Positions 19,900-29,411 are shown, counted from the stretch's first letter. The stretch: DNA of 64,000 nt from Alphaproteobacteria bacterium (GCA_947467345.1 CANIHD010000011.1:15319-79318); one strand, 5' to 3'. Notes: generated from the letters alone by a model not told the origin. Numbers and translations: made by a program.

Positions 19900-19960
19900 G
19901 CGGGTAAAAGGTCTGACTCCAGGCCCCCCCCAAGGCATCGCCCGGCTCAAGGAATCCGCA

Positions 19961-20869
19961 TTGTCTTACGCCAACCGTATTTTCCTCTACGGCCCGGTCG
20001 GCGCCCTGGTCCTTTTTGCCGGCGCCTATGCGCTCTTCTGGTACGTCTCGGCCAACATGCTGGCGGCGCGCCTCGACGCCGCGAATGGCGGCGACATTGC
20101 GCCGGGCATCACCTTCGCCTTTGCCGAGAAATCGGTTGGCGGCTTTCCCTTCCGCCTCGACGTGCTTTTGTCGGGCGTCACGATCGCGCAGCAAGGAACG
20201 GAAGGCGAGTTTGCCTGGCGTGCCGAGCGCATCGCGTTTCACAAGCTGACCTATCGCAATGACCGCTTCATCGTCGAAGCCGACGGACTGCAATCTTTGT
20301 CGTGGCCGGGCACCGATGGACGTCCCCGCATTGGCCATGTCACGCCGGGAATTGCGCGCGGCAGCGCGATATTGGAACGCGGAAAACTGTCGCGCCTCGA
20401 CGTCGAATTTCGGAATTTGACGGGGCGCGATGCTTCTCTTGACGCACCGGCCGACAGGATTTTCGTCGCCGCTAATGCGCAGGCGCATTTCTTGCGGCGC
20501 GACGACGACACCGTCGTATTTGTCCTGACCGGCGTCGGCGTGAAAATCGCGCCCGCTTTTGGCTTTCCACTGGGCAGCGAATTTCCGGAAACCCGAATCG
20601 AAGGCAATCTGATTCAGGCTAAATCCTTGGATGCATTGCTCGCCGGTGAAGAAGGCTTCGCTGCGGCAGCAGAGCGGTGGCGAAACGCAACCGGCGTCGT
20701 CAACGTGACCGCCTTTACGCTCAAATCCGACACGGCGCCGCAAGGCGCCACATTGCAAGGCATGCTGACACTGGGGCCATCGCATCGATTTGTCGGCGTT
20801 CTCGAAACTGCCAGTGGCGCCGAACCTGCGTTACGCCTTCCGCTACAAGACGGCGCTGCGCCCGAATAA
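19961..20869 (+). CDS. DUF2125-like membrane-anchored protein (family recalled from memory)
   Basis: TTG start with 'AAGGA' 7 nt upstream. N-terminal TM 'IFLYGPVGALVLFAGAYALFWY'. The ORF-track start at 19769 overlaps nrdJ. Confidence 0.65.
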   Translation: MSYANRIFLYGPVGALVLFAGAYALFWYVSANMLAARLDAANGGDIAPGITFAFAEKSVGGFPFRLDVLLSGVTIAQQGTEGEFAWRAERIAFHKLTYRNDRFIVEADGLQSLSWPGTDGRPRIGHVTPGIARGSAILERGKLSRLDVEFRNLTGRDASLDAPADRIFVAANAQAHFLRRDDDTVVFVLTGVGVKIAPAFGFPLGSEFPETRIEGNLIQAKSLDALLAGEEGFAAAAERWRNATGVVNVTAFTLKSDTAPQGATLQGMLTLGPSHRFVGVLETASGAEPALRLPLQDGAAPE

Positions 20870-21793
20870 TTACTCGGCGTTGGGCTTACGGCCGAAATCC
20901 GGCGCTTCGGTATCTTGACCCGCCGCGATGATGGAACGGCGAATGGCGCGCGTGCGCGTGAACAATGCATGCAGCGCATCGCCGTCGCCCCAGCGAATGG
21001 CCCGCGCCAACGCGCTCAAATCTTCATTGAAGCGGCCGAGCATTTCCAACACCGCTTCGCGGTTATTTAAGAATACGTCGCGCCACATTGTGGGATCGCT
21101 CGCCGCAATACGGGTGAAATCGCGAAACCCGCCGGCGGAAAATTTGATCACTTCGCTTTGCGTCACGGCTTCCAGATCGGCCGCAGTGCCGACGATATTG
21201 TAAGCGATCAGATGCGGCACATGGCTGGTGATGGCGAGGACGAGATCATGATGTTTCGGCTCCATGATTTCGACATCGCTGCCAAGCTTGCGCCAGAAAT
21301 CACTGAGCAGCGCCACCGCATCTTCATCGGTGCCGGGCGGCGGCGTGAGAATGCACCAACGGCCATCGAACAATTCCGCGAAACCCGCTTCCGGTCCTGA
21401 CTGTTCGGTGCCGGCGATGGGATGGCCGGGAATGAAATGAACGCCAGACGGCACATGCGGGCCGACATCGCGCACCACCGCCGATTTGACGGAGCCTACA
21501 TCGGTAAGAATGGCGCCCTTCTTCAAATGCGGGCCGACCAAGGGTCCGAGTTCGGCAAACGCGCCGACCGGCGCCGCCAGCACGACGAGATCGGCATTCT
21601 CGACCGCGGATTTCACATCGTCATGCAGCGAATGCGCAAAACCCACCGCTTTGGCGCGGGCCAACGTTTGGGGGCGCTTGGCATAGCCGGCGATATGGCC
21701 GGCAAGATTCGCGCGGCGCATAGCGTGCGCCATCGACGAACCGATCAAACCGATTCCGATAAGCGCGACTTTGTCGAACATAGGCTTTGTCAT
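20870..21793 (-). CDS. tyrC: prephenate/arogenate dehydrogenase
   Basis: 'VALIGIGLIGSS' Rossmann fold and 'GHPIAGTE'. 4-nt overlap with hisC. Confidence 0.85.
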   Translation of the reverse strand: MTKPMFDKVALIGIGLIGSSMAHAMRRANLAGHIAGYAKRPQTLARAKAVGFAHSLHDDVKSAVENADLVVLAAPVGAFAELGPLVGPHLKKGAILTDVGSVKSAVVRDVGPHVPSGVHFIPGHPIAGTEQSGPEAGFAELFDGRWCILTPPPGTDEDAVALLSDFWRKLGSDVEIMEPKHHDLVLAITSHVPHLIAYNIVGTAADLEAVTQSEVIKFSAGGFRDFTRIAASDPTMWRDVFLNNREAVLEMLGRFNEDLSALARAIRWGDGDALHALFTRTRAIRRSIIAAGQDTEAPDFGRKPNAE

Positions 21794-22881
21794 GAGGTCG
21801 CCAGAAATGCGCGCAATGCGTCGACCACCGCGCGGTTATCTTCTTCGCTGCCGACCGTGAGGCGGAGCGCGCCGGGAAGATTATAATTGCCGACACCGCG
21901 CAAGATGAGCCCGCGCTCCATCAGGAAGTGATCCGCATCAGATGCGCGGCGGCCCGCAATGTCGGGAAAATGGATCAGCACGAAATTCGCCGCGCTAGGC
22001 GTGACATCCAGCTTCAGCGCGCGAATTTCGTTGGTCAGCCACACGCGCCAGATGTCGTTGTGCGCGATGGATTTCTCGGTGTGCGCGACATCTTGAAGTG
22101 CGGCGAGAGCCGCACGCTGCGCGGCAATGTTCACATTGAAGGGTCCACGCACGCGGTTGAGCGTGTCGGCGACATGAGCAGGGCAATAGGCCCAACCCAC
22201 GCGCAGTCCGGCGAGCCCATACACTTTCGAAAACGTGCGCGTCATCACGACATTGTCGAACTCGTTCACCAGTTCGACCCCGGTTTCGTAATCGTTCTTG
22301 CGCACATATTCGGCGTAGGCCGCATCGATGACGAGAAGCACCGACGCCGGCAATCCGGCATGCAGACGCCGCATTTCCGACGCGGTGAGATAGGTTCCGG
22401 TCGGATTGTTGGGATTGGCGACATAAACCATGCGCGTGCGCCCGGTGACATGCGCGAGCATGGCATCGACATCCATGCGCAAGCCCGGCTCCGGCACTTC
22501 GACCGGCGTCGCGCTGTTCGCCAATGCCGCGATTTTGTAGACGAGAAAACCATAGACGCTCATCAGCACTTCATCGCGCGGGCGAAGATAGGCGTTCGCA
22601 AGCATCGTTAGAATTTCATCGGAGCCGTTGCCGCAGACAATGCGCGCCGCATCCAGGCCGTAATGCGCGGCCAAGCCTTCACGCAAAATCCGCGCGCTGC
22701 CTTCCGGGTAGACCGCCAGATCCGTGGCTATGTTGCGATAGGCCTCAATCGCTGCCTTGCTGGGACCAAATGGCGATTCATTTGAAGAGAGTTTGACCAC
22801 ACGCGTCGCGCCCGGCGCCGCTGCGCGGCCGCCGACATAAGCTTGGATGTCCAGCACACCTGGCTTGGGAGAGAGGGTCAC
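21790..22881 (-). CDS. hisC: histidinol-phosphate/aromatic aminotransferase
   Basis: Class-II aminotransferase features 'KLSSNESPFGPS' and 'TFSKVYGLAGLRVGW'. Confidence 0.9.
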   Translation of the reverse strand: MTLSPKPGVLDIQAYVGGRAAAPGATRVVKLSSNESPFGPSKAAIEAYRNIATDLAVYPEGSARILREGLAAHYGLDAARIVCGNGSDEILTMLANAYLRPRDEVLMSVYGFLVYKIAALANSATPVEVPEPGLRMDVDAMLAHVTGRTRMVYVANPNNPTGTYLTASEMRRLHAGLPASVLLVIDAAYAEYVRKNDYETGVELVNEFDNVVMTRTFSKVYGLAGLRVGWAYCPAHVADTLNRVRGPFNVNIAAQRAALAALQDVAHTEKSIAHNDIWRVWLTNEIRALKLDVTPSAANFVLIHFPDIAGRRASDADHFLMERGLILRGVGNYNLPGALRLTVGSEEDNRAVVDALRAFLATS

Positions 22882-23780
22882 GGCGCTTTACCGCTAATTT
22901 TTGTCAGAACCGGATTAGCGAAGCCGCCGACCGGGTCGATGTGAAGGATGGCGTCGTCATCATTGGCGCGAAGAACCGCGAGGCGCGGATCATTGCCGGC
23001 AACAAAGCCTTGCGCGGCCAGCAGCACCTGACTGTTTCCGCCGCCCGCGGCGCGGCTCGCCGACACAAACCTGGCTTCGAAACCGGCCTCGTTGATCATG
23101 GTATTCAAGGTGCCGCGGCTGAGGCCGGGCGCGGTTTCCACGCGCAAATATGTGGTGTCGTCGCCGGTGGGTTCCTGTTCGACCGCTGCGATGGCAAGAC
23201 CGTTTGTCTGGCTGTCGTCTTCGTCTGTCAGAAAAGGCAGCTTGGCGATAATGCGCGGGCCTGGCTGGCCCGCAGGCGCGAGACGGCTCCACCAAGGAAG
23301 GCCCGCCTCTTCAGCCTGCGGCAAAGGAACGATGCCAATGGCATTCGGTTCTTCGTTGCAGGCGGTCACCACCAAAGACGCGCGCGCATGGGTGCGAACC
23401 AGCGTTTGCGCACCGAAATAGGCATGGGCCAAATCCAGAAAACCGCGCTGCGTATCGTCGGCTAGGGCGTGCACAGCGAAATTGTCCTGAGCGTGCAGAC
23501 TAGCGGCGATGATTTCGCGCCAGATACGGACGACGACCGTGGCGGGCAGATTCCCGCGACGGCGCGCCAAAAGACGACGCAGAATGAGCGCTTCGCGCGC
23601 CGGCCTGAACGCGGAGGCTTTAACGCGCGGCGCGCTGCCTTGCTTGACCTTGGCGATGGCGACGCTGATGTCGGCCCTATGCACCAAAAGGTCCAGCAAA
23701 GCGTCATCGATGGCATCGATCTTCGCTCGAAGCCCATCGAGCCCTTTCGGCCCATCTGTCTGCTGAAAATCCTGCCCCAT
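22878..23780 (-). CDS. chorismate mutase family protein with C-terminal extra domain
   Basis: 'LRAKIDAIDDALLDLLVHRADISVAIAKVK' and 'RPAREALILRRL'. Operon partner of hisC and tyrC. Confidence 0.8.
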   Translation of the reverse strand: MGQDFQQTDGPKGLDGLRAKIDAIDDALLDLLVHRADISVAIAKVKQGSAPRVKASAFRPAREALILRRLLARRRGNLPATVVVRIWREIIAASLHAQDNFAVHALADDTQRGFLDLAHAYFGAQTLVRTHARASLVVTACNEEPNAIGIVPLPQAEEAGLPWWSRLAPAGQPGPRIIAKLPFLTDEDDSQTNGLAIAAVEQEPTGDDTTYLRVETAPGLSRGTLNTMINEAGFEARFVSASRAAGGGNSQVLLAAQGFVAGNDPRLAVLRANDDDAILHIDPVGGFANPVLTKISGKAP

Positions 23781-23921
23781 TGAGGCGCTGCCAATCCCAC
23801 ACCCAAAGGGGGGCAATAGATAAGGGGCTGTCACGCAAAGTCAAAGCCGCATGTGGAGAGACGCTTTCCAAAGCCGCGCCAAGGGCTTATCTTGTCATTG
23901 GGGAAGACGAGAAGGCGGATT

Positions 23922-24638
23922 ATGTTCCGACGCGAGGCGTCCTGGCTGGCTCGGCGCCTCGACGCCCACAGCGCCATCGAACTTTCCCCCGTCCTGAATA
24001 TCGGCAGCAGCACGCGCGGCTTTCGCGAGAAGGACCAGCCGTGGATTCAGGACGAGCTGATCGGGCCTTTGGAGGCCCGGGGCGTGAAAGTGATCCATCT
24101 CGATTTTCGCGATGGCGACGGCATCGATATCCGCGCCGATATGCTGAACGATGCCGACTTTGAGCGGATCAAAGCCTTAGACCCCAAATCCATTTTCTGC
24201 TGCAACATGCTGGAGCATGTGCTTGAGCCTAAGAAGCTCGCGGATCGCTGCCGCGACCTTGTCGGACCAGGTGGACTGATCTTCGTGACCGTCCCGCACA
24301 GCTACCCGTTTCACCGCGACCCTATCGACACGCTCTACCGTCCGGCGCCCGCCGCGCTGGCGCAGCTCTTTGGCGGCGCGCGCCTTCTCCATGGCGAGAT
24401 CATTGATGTGGGCGTCTCGTTCCGCGACGAGGCGAAGAAGCGCCCTCTCATCCTGTTTCGGCAGTTCTCCCGCTTTTTCATCCCCTTCCTAGGCTGGGCC
24501 AAATGGAAGCGCTCTATGGGCAAACTCTACTGGCTGTTCCATAATTACGAAGTGACGGGGGCGGTGTTTCAGGTTCCAGCCGAGACCCAATCTGCGTCGC
24601 AACCTATTGGCAACCAGCTTCGGACGCCCCTTTATTGA
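23922..24638 (+). CDS. class I SAM-dependent methyltransferase-like protein
   Basis: 'VLNIGSS...', 'CCNMLEHV', 'PGGLIFVTVP'. The start is taken at the internal ATG. Confidence 0.65.
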   Translation: MFRREASWLARRLDAHSAIELSPVLNIGSSTRGFREKDQPWIQDELIGPLEARGVKVIHLDFRDGDGIDIRADMLNDADFERIKALDPKSIFCCNMLEHVLEPKKLADRCRDLVGPGGLIFVTVPHSYPFHRDPIDTLYRPAPAALAQLFGGARLLHGEIIDVGVSFRDEAKKRPLILFRQFSRFFIPFLGWAKWKRSMGKLYWLFHNYEVTGAVFQVPAETQSASQPIGNQLRTPLY

Positions 24639-24642
24639 CATA

Positions 24643-24678
24643 AGGGGGCGAGGGCCTTAGCAAGCGCTCCCTTTTTTT
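24643..24678 (+). terminator. hairpin + T7 run (terminator of the upstream methyltransferase gene, or a metX leader structure)
   Basis: Stem 'AGGGGGCG'/'CGCTCCCT' (one G-U pair), a 14-nt loop, then TTTTTTT ending 3 nt before the metX GTG. Confidence 0.4.
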
Positions 24679-24681
24679 CGC

Positions 24682-25872
24682 GTGGAGTCCGACGCCTTGG
24701 CCGATCTTGAGGGTCCCCATTTCCTCCGCCCGTTGAAGGCGCCCGAAGAGAACCCGGGCCGCGTGCTGCGGCTGGGTGTCGAGCGCCCCCTTGTGCTCGA
24801 TTCTGGCAAACAGCTTTCGCCGTTCAACATCGCCTACATGACCTACGGCACGTTGAACGCCGACAAATCGAACGCGATTCTCATCTGCCACGCGCTGTCG
24901 GGTGATCAATTCGTCGCCAGCCGTCAGCCGGTCACCGGCAAACCCGGCTGGTGGGACGAAGTGGTGGGACCTGGACGCATCATCGATACGGACCGCTTCT
25001 TCGTGATTTGCAGCAACGTGCTCGGCGGCTGCATGGGCACGACCGGCCCCGGCGAGATCGATCGCACGACGTGCAATTCTTACGGGCTGGATTTTCCGCT
25101 CGTCACCATACGCGACATGGTGCGCGCGCAGACCATGTTGGTGGATGCCCTCGGCATCGACCAACTCTTCTGTGTCATCGGCGGCTCCATGGGCGGCATG
25201 CAGGTTCTGCAATGGGTGGCGAGCCATCCGGAACGCGTGTTCGCGGCCATGCCGATGGCGACCGGCGCGCGCCACTCTGCACAAAACATCGCCTTTCATG
25301 AAGTCGGCCGCCAAGCGATCATGGCCGACCCCAGCTGGCACGGCGGCGATTACGCGTTGCATGGCACCGTGCCTTCGAAAGGTTTGGCGGTGGCGCGCAT
25401 GGCCGCGCATATCACCTATCTTTCGGAGCCTGCGTTGCAACGTAAGTTCGGCCGCAATCTGCAGAACCGCGAAGCGCTGTCGTTCGGGTTCGATGCCGAT
25501 TTCCAGATCGAATCCTATTTGCGTCATCAGGGCATGACATTTGTCGATCGCTTCGACGCGAACTCGTATCTCTACATGACGCGGGCGATGGATTATTTCG
25601 ACCTCGCTGCCGATTATGGCGGCGTGCTGGCGGAAGCGTTTCGCGGCGCCAAGACGCGGTTTTGCCTCGTCTCATTCACCAGCGACTGGCTGTTCCCCAC
25701 CGTTGAGAACAAGCGCATTGCGCATGCGCTGAATGCGGCGGGCGCCAATGTCAGCTTTGTCGAGATCGTCAGCGACCGCGGCCACGACGCGTTTTTGCTG
25801 CACGAGCCGGAGCTGTACGACACGATCGGCGGTTTTTTGAGCGCCGCCGCTGCCGCGAGAAACCTGCCATGA
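24682..25872 (+). CDS. metX: homoserine O-acetyltransferase
   Basis: '[10 protein letters not shown]' and '[14 protein letters not shown]' (nucleophile elbow). Coupled to metW. The start codon is uncertain (GTG, no clear SD). Confidence 0.9.
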   Translation: MESDALADLEGPHFLRPLKAPEENPGRVLRLGVERPLVLDSGKQLSPFNIAYMTYGTLNADKSNAILICHALSGDQFVASRQPVTGKPGWWDEVVGPGRIIDTDRFFVICSNVLGGCMGTTGPGEIDRTTCNSYGLDFPLVTIRDMVRAQTMLVDALGIDQLFCVIGGSMGGMQVLQWVASHPERVFAAMPMATGARHSAQNIAFHEVGRQAIMADPSWHGGDYALHGTVPSKGLAVARMAAHITYLSEPALQRKFGRNLQNREALSFGFDADFQIESYLRHQGMTFVDRFDANSYLYMTRAMDYFDLAADYGGVLAEAFRGAKTRFCLVSFTSDWLFPTVENKRIAHALNAAGANVSFVEIVSDRGHDAFLLHEPELYDTIGGFLSAAAAARNLP

Positions 25873-26516
25873 AGCCGGGTAACGATATCTGGCCGCAATC
25901 GCGCACACGCCTGCCGCTGAGGCCCGATCTCTGGGCCATCGCCGAAATGATTCCGCCGGGAACGCGCGTTCTCGATATTGGCTGCGGCGATGGTGCGTTG
26001 CTCGAACATCTGGTGCGCGACAAAGGCGTAGATGGGCGTGGGCTGGAACTCATTCAGCAGAATGTGAATTCCTGCGTGGCGCGCGGACTTTCCGTGGTGC
26101 AAGGCGACGCCGACACCGATCTGGGCGAGTATCCGTCGGGGATTTTCGACATCACCATTCTCAGCCAGACCATTCAGGCGACGCGGCAACCGCGCCATGT
26201 GCTGAATGAGTTGCTGCGCATCGGCGCGCGCACCATTGTCAGCTTTCCCAATTTCGGACATTGGCGCGTGCGGACGTCATTGCTGTTTCGCGGCCGCATG
26301 CCGGTGACGCGCTCGCTCGATCACAATTGGTACGACACGCCGAATATCCACCTCTGCACCATCGCCGATTTTCTGGCGACGGCGCGCGATACCGGCGCGC
26401 ATATCGAAAGCGCCATGGCGATCGACGGCCTCGGCAAAACCCGCAACATGAAGGACGGGGAGAGCCGTGCGAACATCTTCGCCGAGGGCGCGATTTTCCT
26501 GCTGGCGAAACGCTGA
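25869..26516 (+). CDS. metW: methionine biosynthesis protein MetW
   Basis: '[15 protein letters not shown]' and '[10 protein letters not shown]'. ATGA overlap with metX. Confidence 0.92.
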   Translation: MKPGNDIWPQSRTRLPLRPDLWAIAEMIPPGTRVLDIGCGDGALLEHLVRDKGVDGRGLELIQQNVNSCVARGLSVVQGDADTDLGEYPSGIFDITILSQTIQATRQPRHVLNELLRIGARTIVSFPNFGHWRVRTSLLFRGRMPVTRSLDHNWYDTPNIHLCTIADFLATARDTGAHIESAMAIDGLGKTRNMKDGESRANIFAEGAIFLLAKR

Positions 26517-26532
26517 AGCATTTCAAGCACTA

Positions 26533-26634
26533 CCCTCATCCTGAGGAGCCCACCACCTCTCCTTCGAGACGCGACCGTGGACAATCGTCCAAGGTCGCCC
26601 TCAGGATGAGGTGGTTGGGCGTCTCGAAGGATGA
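26533..26634. repeat. intergenic palindromic repeat, family A (CCTTCGAGACGC / CCTCAGGATGAGG modules)
   Basis: 'CCTCATCCTGAGG' pairs with 'CCTCAGGATGAGG', and 'CCTTCGAGACGC' pairs with 'GCGTCTCGAAGG'. Related copies lie at 29561, 42458, 50734 and 52972. Confidence 0.85.
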
Positions 26635-26648
26635 TGACGCTTTACAAT

Positions 26649-27365
26649 TCACGTATTGCCGAGCGCTGGCACAAACCGGCGCACGCGCGAGAATTTCGGC
26701 AGCGGCATCGCGTACATGGATTTCGTCGCTTCGACGATATGCACGCCGGCGAATTGCGGCCAGAAGCGCCGTCCCAAACGATCCCAGGCCGCGCCGGTGC
26801 GCAGCGACCTTCGCCCGAAGGGCGGCATGAAGAGGGCGCAATCCCAGGCTTCCACCTGAAACAGCGAATCTTCCAAGAGCCGCTTCAGCTGCGTCCGCGT
26901 GTAAGGCTGGCCGTGGCCGAAGGGCGAGTTTTCAACCTGTGCCCACAGGCTGGTGCGGTTGGGCGTGACGATCAGAAGCCGTCCGTCAGGCGTCAATATG
27001 CGCCAGAGCTCGCGCATCAAAGGGCGCTGGGCCTCGGCGACTTCGAGGCCATGCACGATCAGAACGCAATCGAAACTGGCATCGGGGAAGGGCAGATCTT
27101 GATCTTCGACCAATGTGGAGAGGCATTTCCCATCGGGCGGCCATGGCACCACGCCCTGGGCCGCCGGCATTACGGCGACCACGCGCTCGGCCTCGCTTAA
27201 ATAGGGCCGCAAGAATGGCGTGGCGTAGCCGAAGCCCAGAAGGCGCCGCGACGACACATTGGTCCAGCATGCCCGTAAGCGGTGCGCGATCAGAAGACGC
27301 GCCACCTGCCCACGGGGGCTGTCATAGAAGCCATTGAGCGCGCGAATCTCGAGCGGCATATGCAA
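26649..27365 (-). CDS. class I SAM-dependent methyltransferase
   Basis: 238 aa. 'LLGFGYATPFL', 'DCVLIVHGLE' and 'PDGRLLIVTPN'. Divergent from gloB. Confidence 0.8.
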   Translation of the reverse strand: MHMPLEIRALNGFYDSPRGQVARLLIAHRLRACWTNVSSRRLLGFGYATPFLRPYLSEAERVVAVMPAAQGVVPWPPDGKCLSTLVEDQDLPFPDASFDCVLIVHGLEVAEAQRPLMRELWRILTPDGRLLIVTPNRTSLWAQVENSPFGHGQPYTRTQLKRLLEDSLFQVEAWDCALFMPPFGRRSLRTGAAWDRLGRRFWPQFAGVHIVEATKSMYAMPLPKFSRVRRFVPALGNT

Positions 27366-27455
27366 TGGGTAGACTGGCTATGGGCGCGGTTCAATGTTGC
27401 CACTGGGCTTGCTGCGCTTGGGCTTGCTACGCTGGCGCATCACACAGGAGCCGAT

Positions 27456-28232
27456 ATGCCAGAACTGATCATCGAGCCCGTTCTCTGCCTCAAGGACAAT
27501 TACGCTTGGCTGGTCTACGACCGCAGCCAGACCGAATGCGCCATAGTCGATCCCTCGGAAGCCGAGCCGGTGCGGAGGCGCCTTAGCGAACGCGGGCTGA
27601 AGATCACCCATATTCTCAACACGCATCACCACCTCGACCATGTCGGCGGCAATTTCGCACTGAAGGAAGAGTTCGGCGCCTTAGTCGTGGGACCCGGCAA
27701 AGACGCCGCGCGTATTCCCGGCATCGATATCGGCGTGCACGAGGGGGAGGTTTTCGATCTCGGCACACATAGCGCGCGCATTTTCGAAATTCCGGCCCAT
27801 ACGCGCGGCCATATCGCGTTCTGGTTCGCCGACGATTATGCCGTCTTCACGGGGGATACGCTTTTCGCAATGGGCTGCGGCCGCCTGTTCGAAGGCGACC
27901 CGCCGACCATGTGGAGCAGCCTGTCGAAGCTGATGGCGCTGCCGGATGCAACGCGAATCTATTGCGGCCACGAATACACCGAAGCGAATGGCCGCTATGC
28001 GCTGACGCTGGAACCGAACAATGCCGATTTGATTGCGCGCATGGGCGAGGTGCGCAGCGCACGCGCCCAGCTAAAGCCCACCGTGCCTTCGACCATGGGC
28101 GAGGAAAAGAAAACCAACCCGTTCCTACGTACGCGCAGCGCGGAGCTGCGGCGCGCGTTAGGTCTGGAACAGGCGGATGATGTCGAAATCTTCGGCGAAG
28201 CGCGCCGGCGGAAAGATTTATTCACGGGATAG
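27456..28232 (+). CDS. gloB: hydroxyacylglutathione hydrolase (glyoxalase II)
   Basis: Metallo-beta-lactamase 'THHHLDHVGGN', 'GHTRGHIAF' and 'NPFLR'. The start is at an internal ATG of ORF 27282..28232. Confidence 0.9.
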   Translation: MPELIIEPVLCLKDNYAWLVYDRSQTECAIVDPSEAEPVRRRLSERGLKITHILNTHHHLDHVGGNFALKEEFGALVVGPGKDAARIPGIDIGVHEGEVFDLGTHSARIFEIPAHTRGHIAFWFADDYAVFTGDTLFAMGCGRLFEGDPPTMWSSLSKLMALPDATRIYCGHEYTEANGRYALTLEPNNADLIARMGEVRSARAQLKPTVPSTMGEEKKTNPFLRTRSAELRRALGLEQADDVEIFGEARRRKDLFTG

Positions 28233-28243
28233 AAAAGCGCGCT

Positions 28244-28414
28244 TTCAATCGTCGTCGTCATCACCGCCGCCGACAGCGGCGCCGATCACATCGCCGGTGA
28301 CGTTGACGGTGGTCGACACGACTGCTCCGGCGACGCTGACACCGGCGCCGACCACCGCGCATGCCGAAAGCGAGAGCAATACGGCTATGGCAGCGAGGCT
28401 TTGCACTATGCGCA
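28244..28414 (-). CDS. small putative lipoprotein (56 aa), Gly/Val/Ala-rich with poly-Asp tail
   Basis: Hand translation gives 'MRIVQSLAAIAVLLSLSACAVVGAGVSVAGAVVSTTVNVTGDVIGAAVGGGDDDDD'. Lipobox L-S-A-C. GAGGG about 9 nt upstream of the ATG. Not in the ORF track. Confidence 0.45.
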
Positions 28415-28547
28415 TGACGAGGCCCTCGGGACGGCAGAGGCAAACTCTAGCACAAGCGGATGAACAAGCAATTAACGCCTCAACTGCAATGGTCAGGCGC
28501 GCGTCGGCGTTCTAATCTGGTTCAAACATGAAAGACCGGGGGCGTGG

Positions 28548-29342
28548 ATGACCGCGATATTTCGCGTGTTTTTGGCGGCAAGCCTGTGCGTTTTCGCCCT
28601 CTATCCGCGCGCGGCCCACGCCGCCGCTGCCGCGCCGACAATCGCTGAGTGTATCGCTGACCTCGTCACCGCCAATCACATCCTGTTCGATCAGGGCGTG
28701 GTGGACGCGTTCGGTCATGTCAGCGTCCGCAGCCCGACCCGGCCCGACCGGTTTTATATGGCGCGCAACCGCGCGCCCGGCGATGTCGTGACCGCCGATA
28801 TTTTGGAATACACAATCGACAGCGAACCGGCGGCACCGACCACTTCGCTGCTCTATTCCGAGCGCTACATTCACGGCGAAATCTTTCGCGCGCGCCCCGA
28901 TGTAATGGCGGTCGTGCATGGGCATTCTTATGCGCTGGTCACGCTCAGCGCGGTACAAGGCGCGCGGCTTCGTCCTGTGATGCATTTCGCCGGCTTCATC
29001 GGCAATGAAGCGCCGATGTTCGAGATCCGCGATTTCGCGGGCGATGCCAGCGATCTCTTCTTGCGCACGCGCGCATTGGGCGCTTCTTTGGCGAAACAGC
29101 TGGGCAGCGGAAATATCGTGGTCATGCGCGGCCACGGCTCGGCCATCACCGGCGATTCCCTCGCGCAAGTGGTGCACCGCGCCGTCTATGCCGAAGTGAA
29201 TGCCCGCATGCAGCTCGATGCCATGAAAGCAGGCGCGGTGAATTATCTTTCGCCCGGCGAAGTGCGTGCCACCGCGACGAGCCCCAATTACGCCCGCGCA
29301 TGGGATTTCTGGAAAGCACAGGCCGAGGCGCGGCGGAAATAG
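28548..29342 (+). CDS. class II aldolase/adducin domain protein with N-terminal signal-like peptide
   Basis: 'GVVDAFGHVSVR' and 'ERYIHGEIFRARPDVMAVVHGHS'. N-terminus 'MTAIFRVFLAASLCVFALYPRAAHA'. Confidence 0.85.
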   Translation: MTAIFRVFLAASLCVFALYPRAAHAAAAAPTIAECIADLVTANHILFDQGVVDAFGHVSVRSPTRPDRFYMARNRAPGDVVTADILEYTIDSEPAAPTTSLLYSERYIHGEIFRARPDVMAVVHGHSYALVTLSAVQGARLRPVMHFAGFIGNEAPMFEIRDFAGDASDLFLRTRALGASLAKQLGSGNIVVMRGHGSAITGDSLAQVVHRAVYAEVNARMQLDAMKAGAVNYLSPGEVRATATSPNYARAWDFWKAQAEARRK

Positions 29343-29387
29343 AAGCTCACGCGTCCCCTCCGGCTCACCGCTATTTGCGGCTCGCCA

Positions 29388-29411
29388 CCTCCCCCGCAAG
29401 AGCAGGGGAGG
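29388..29411. repeat. short GC hairpin repeat, family C (CCTCCCC...GGGGAGG)
   Basis: 'CCTCCCCCGCAAGAGCAGGGGAGG'. A second copy lies at 29484. Confidence 0.7.

Noticed and set aside
19924-19931. C8 homopolymer between nrdJ and the DUF2125-like gene.
   Set aside because: It is shorter than the C10 tract at 55120 and lies in a short co-directional spacer with no evident promoter. It is noted but not compelling as a phase-variation site.
19769-19960. Upstream extension of the DUF2125-like ORF overlapping the last 130 nt of nrdJ.
   Set aside because: The Arg/Pro/Ala-rich off-frame composition runs across the nrdJ Cys-rich tail. A TTG with an AAGGA SD at 19961 gives the typical N-terminal TM start.
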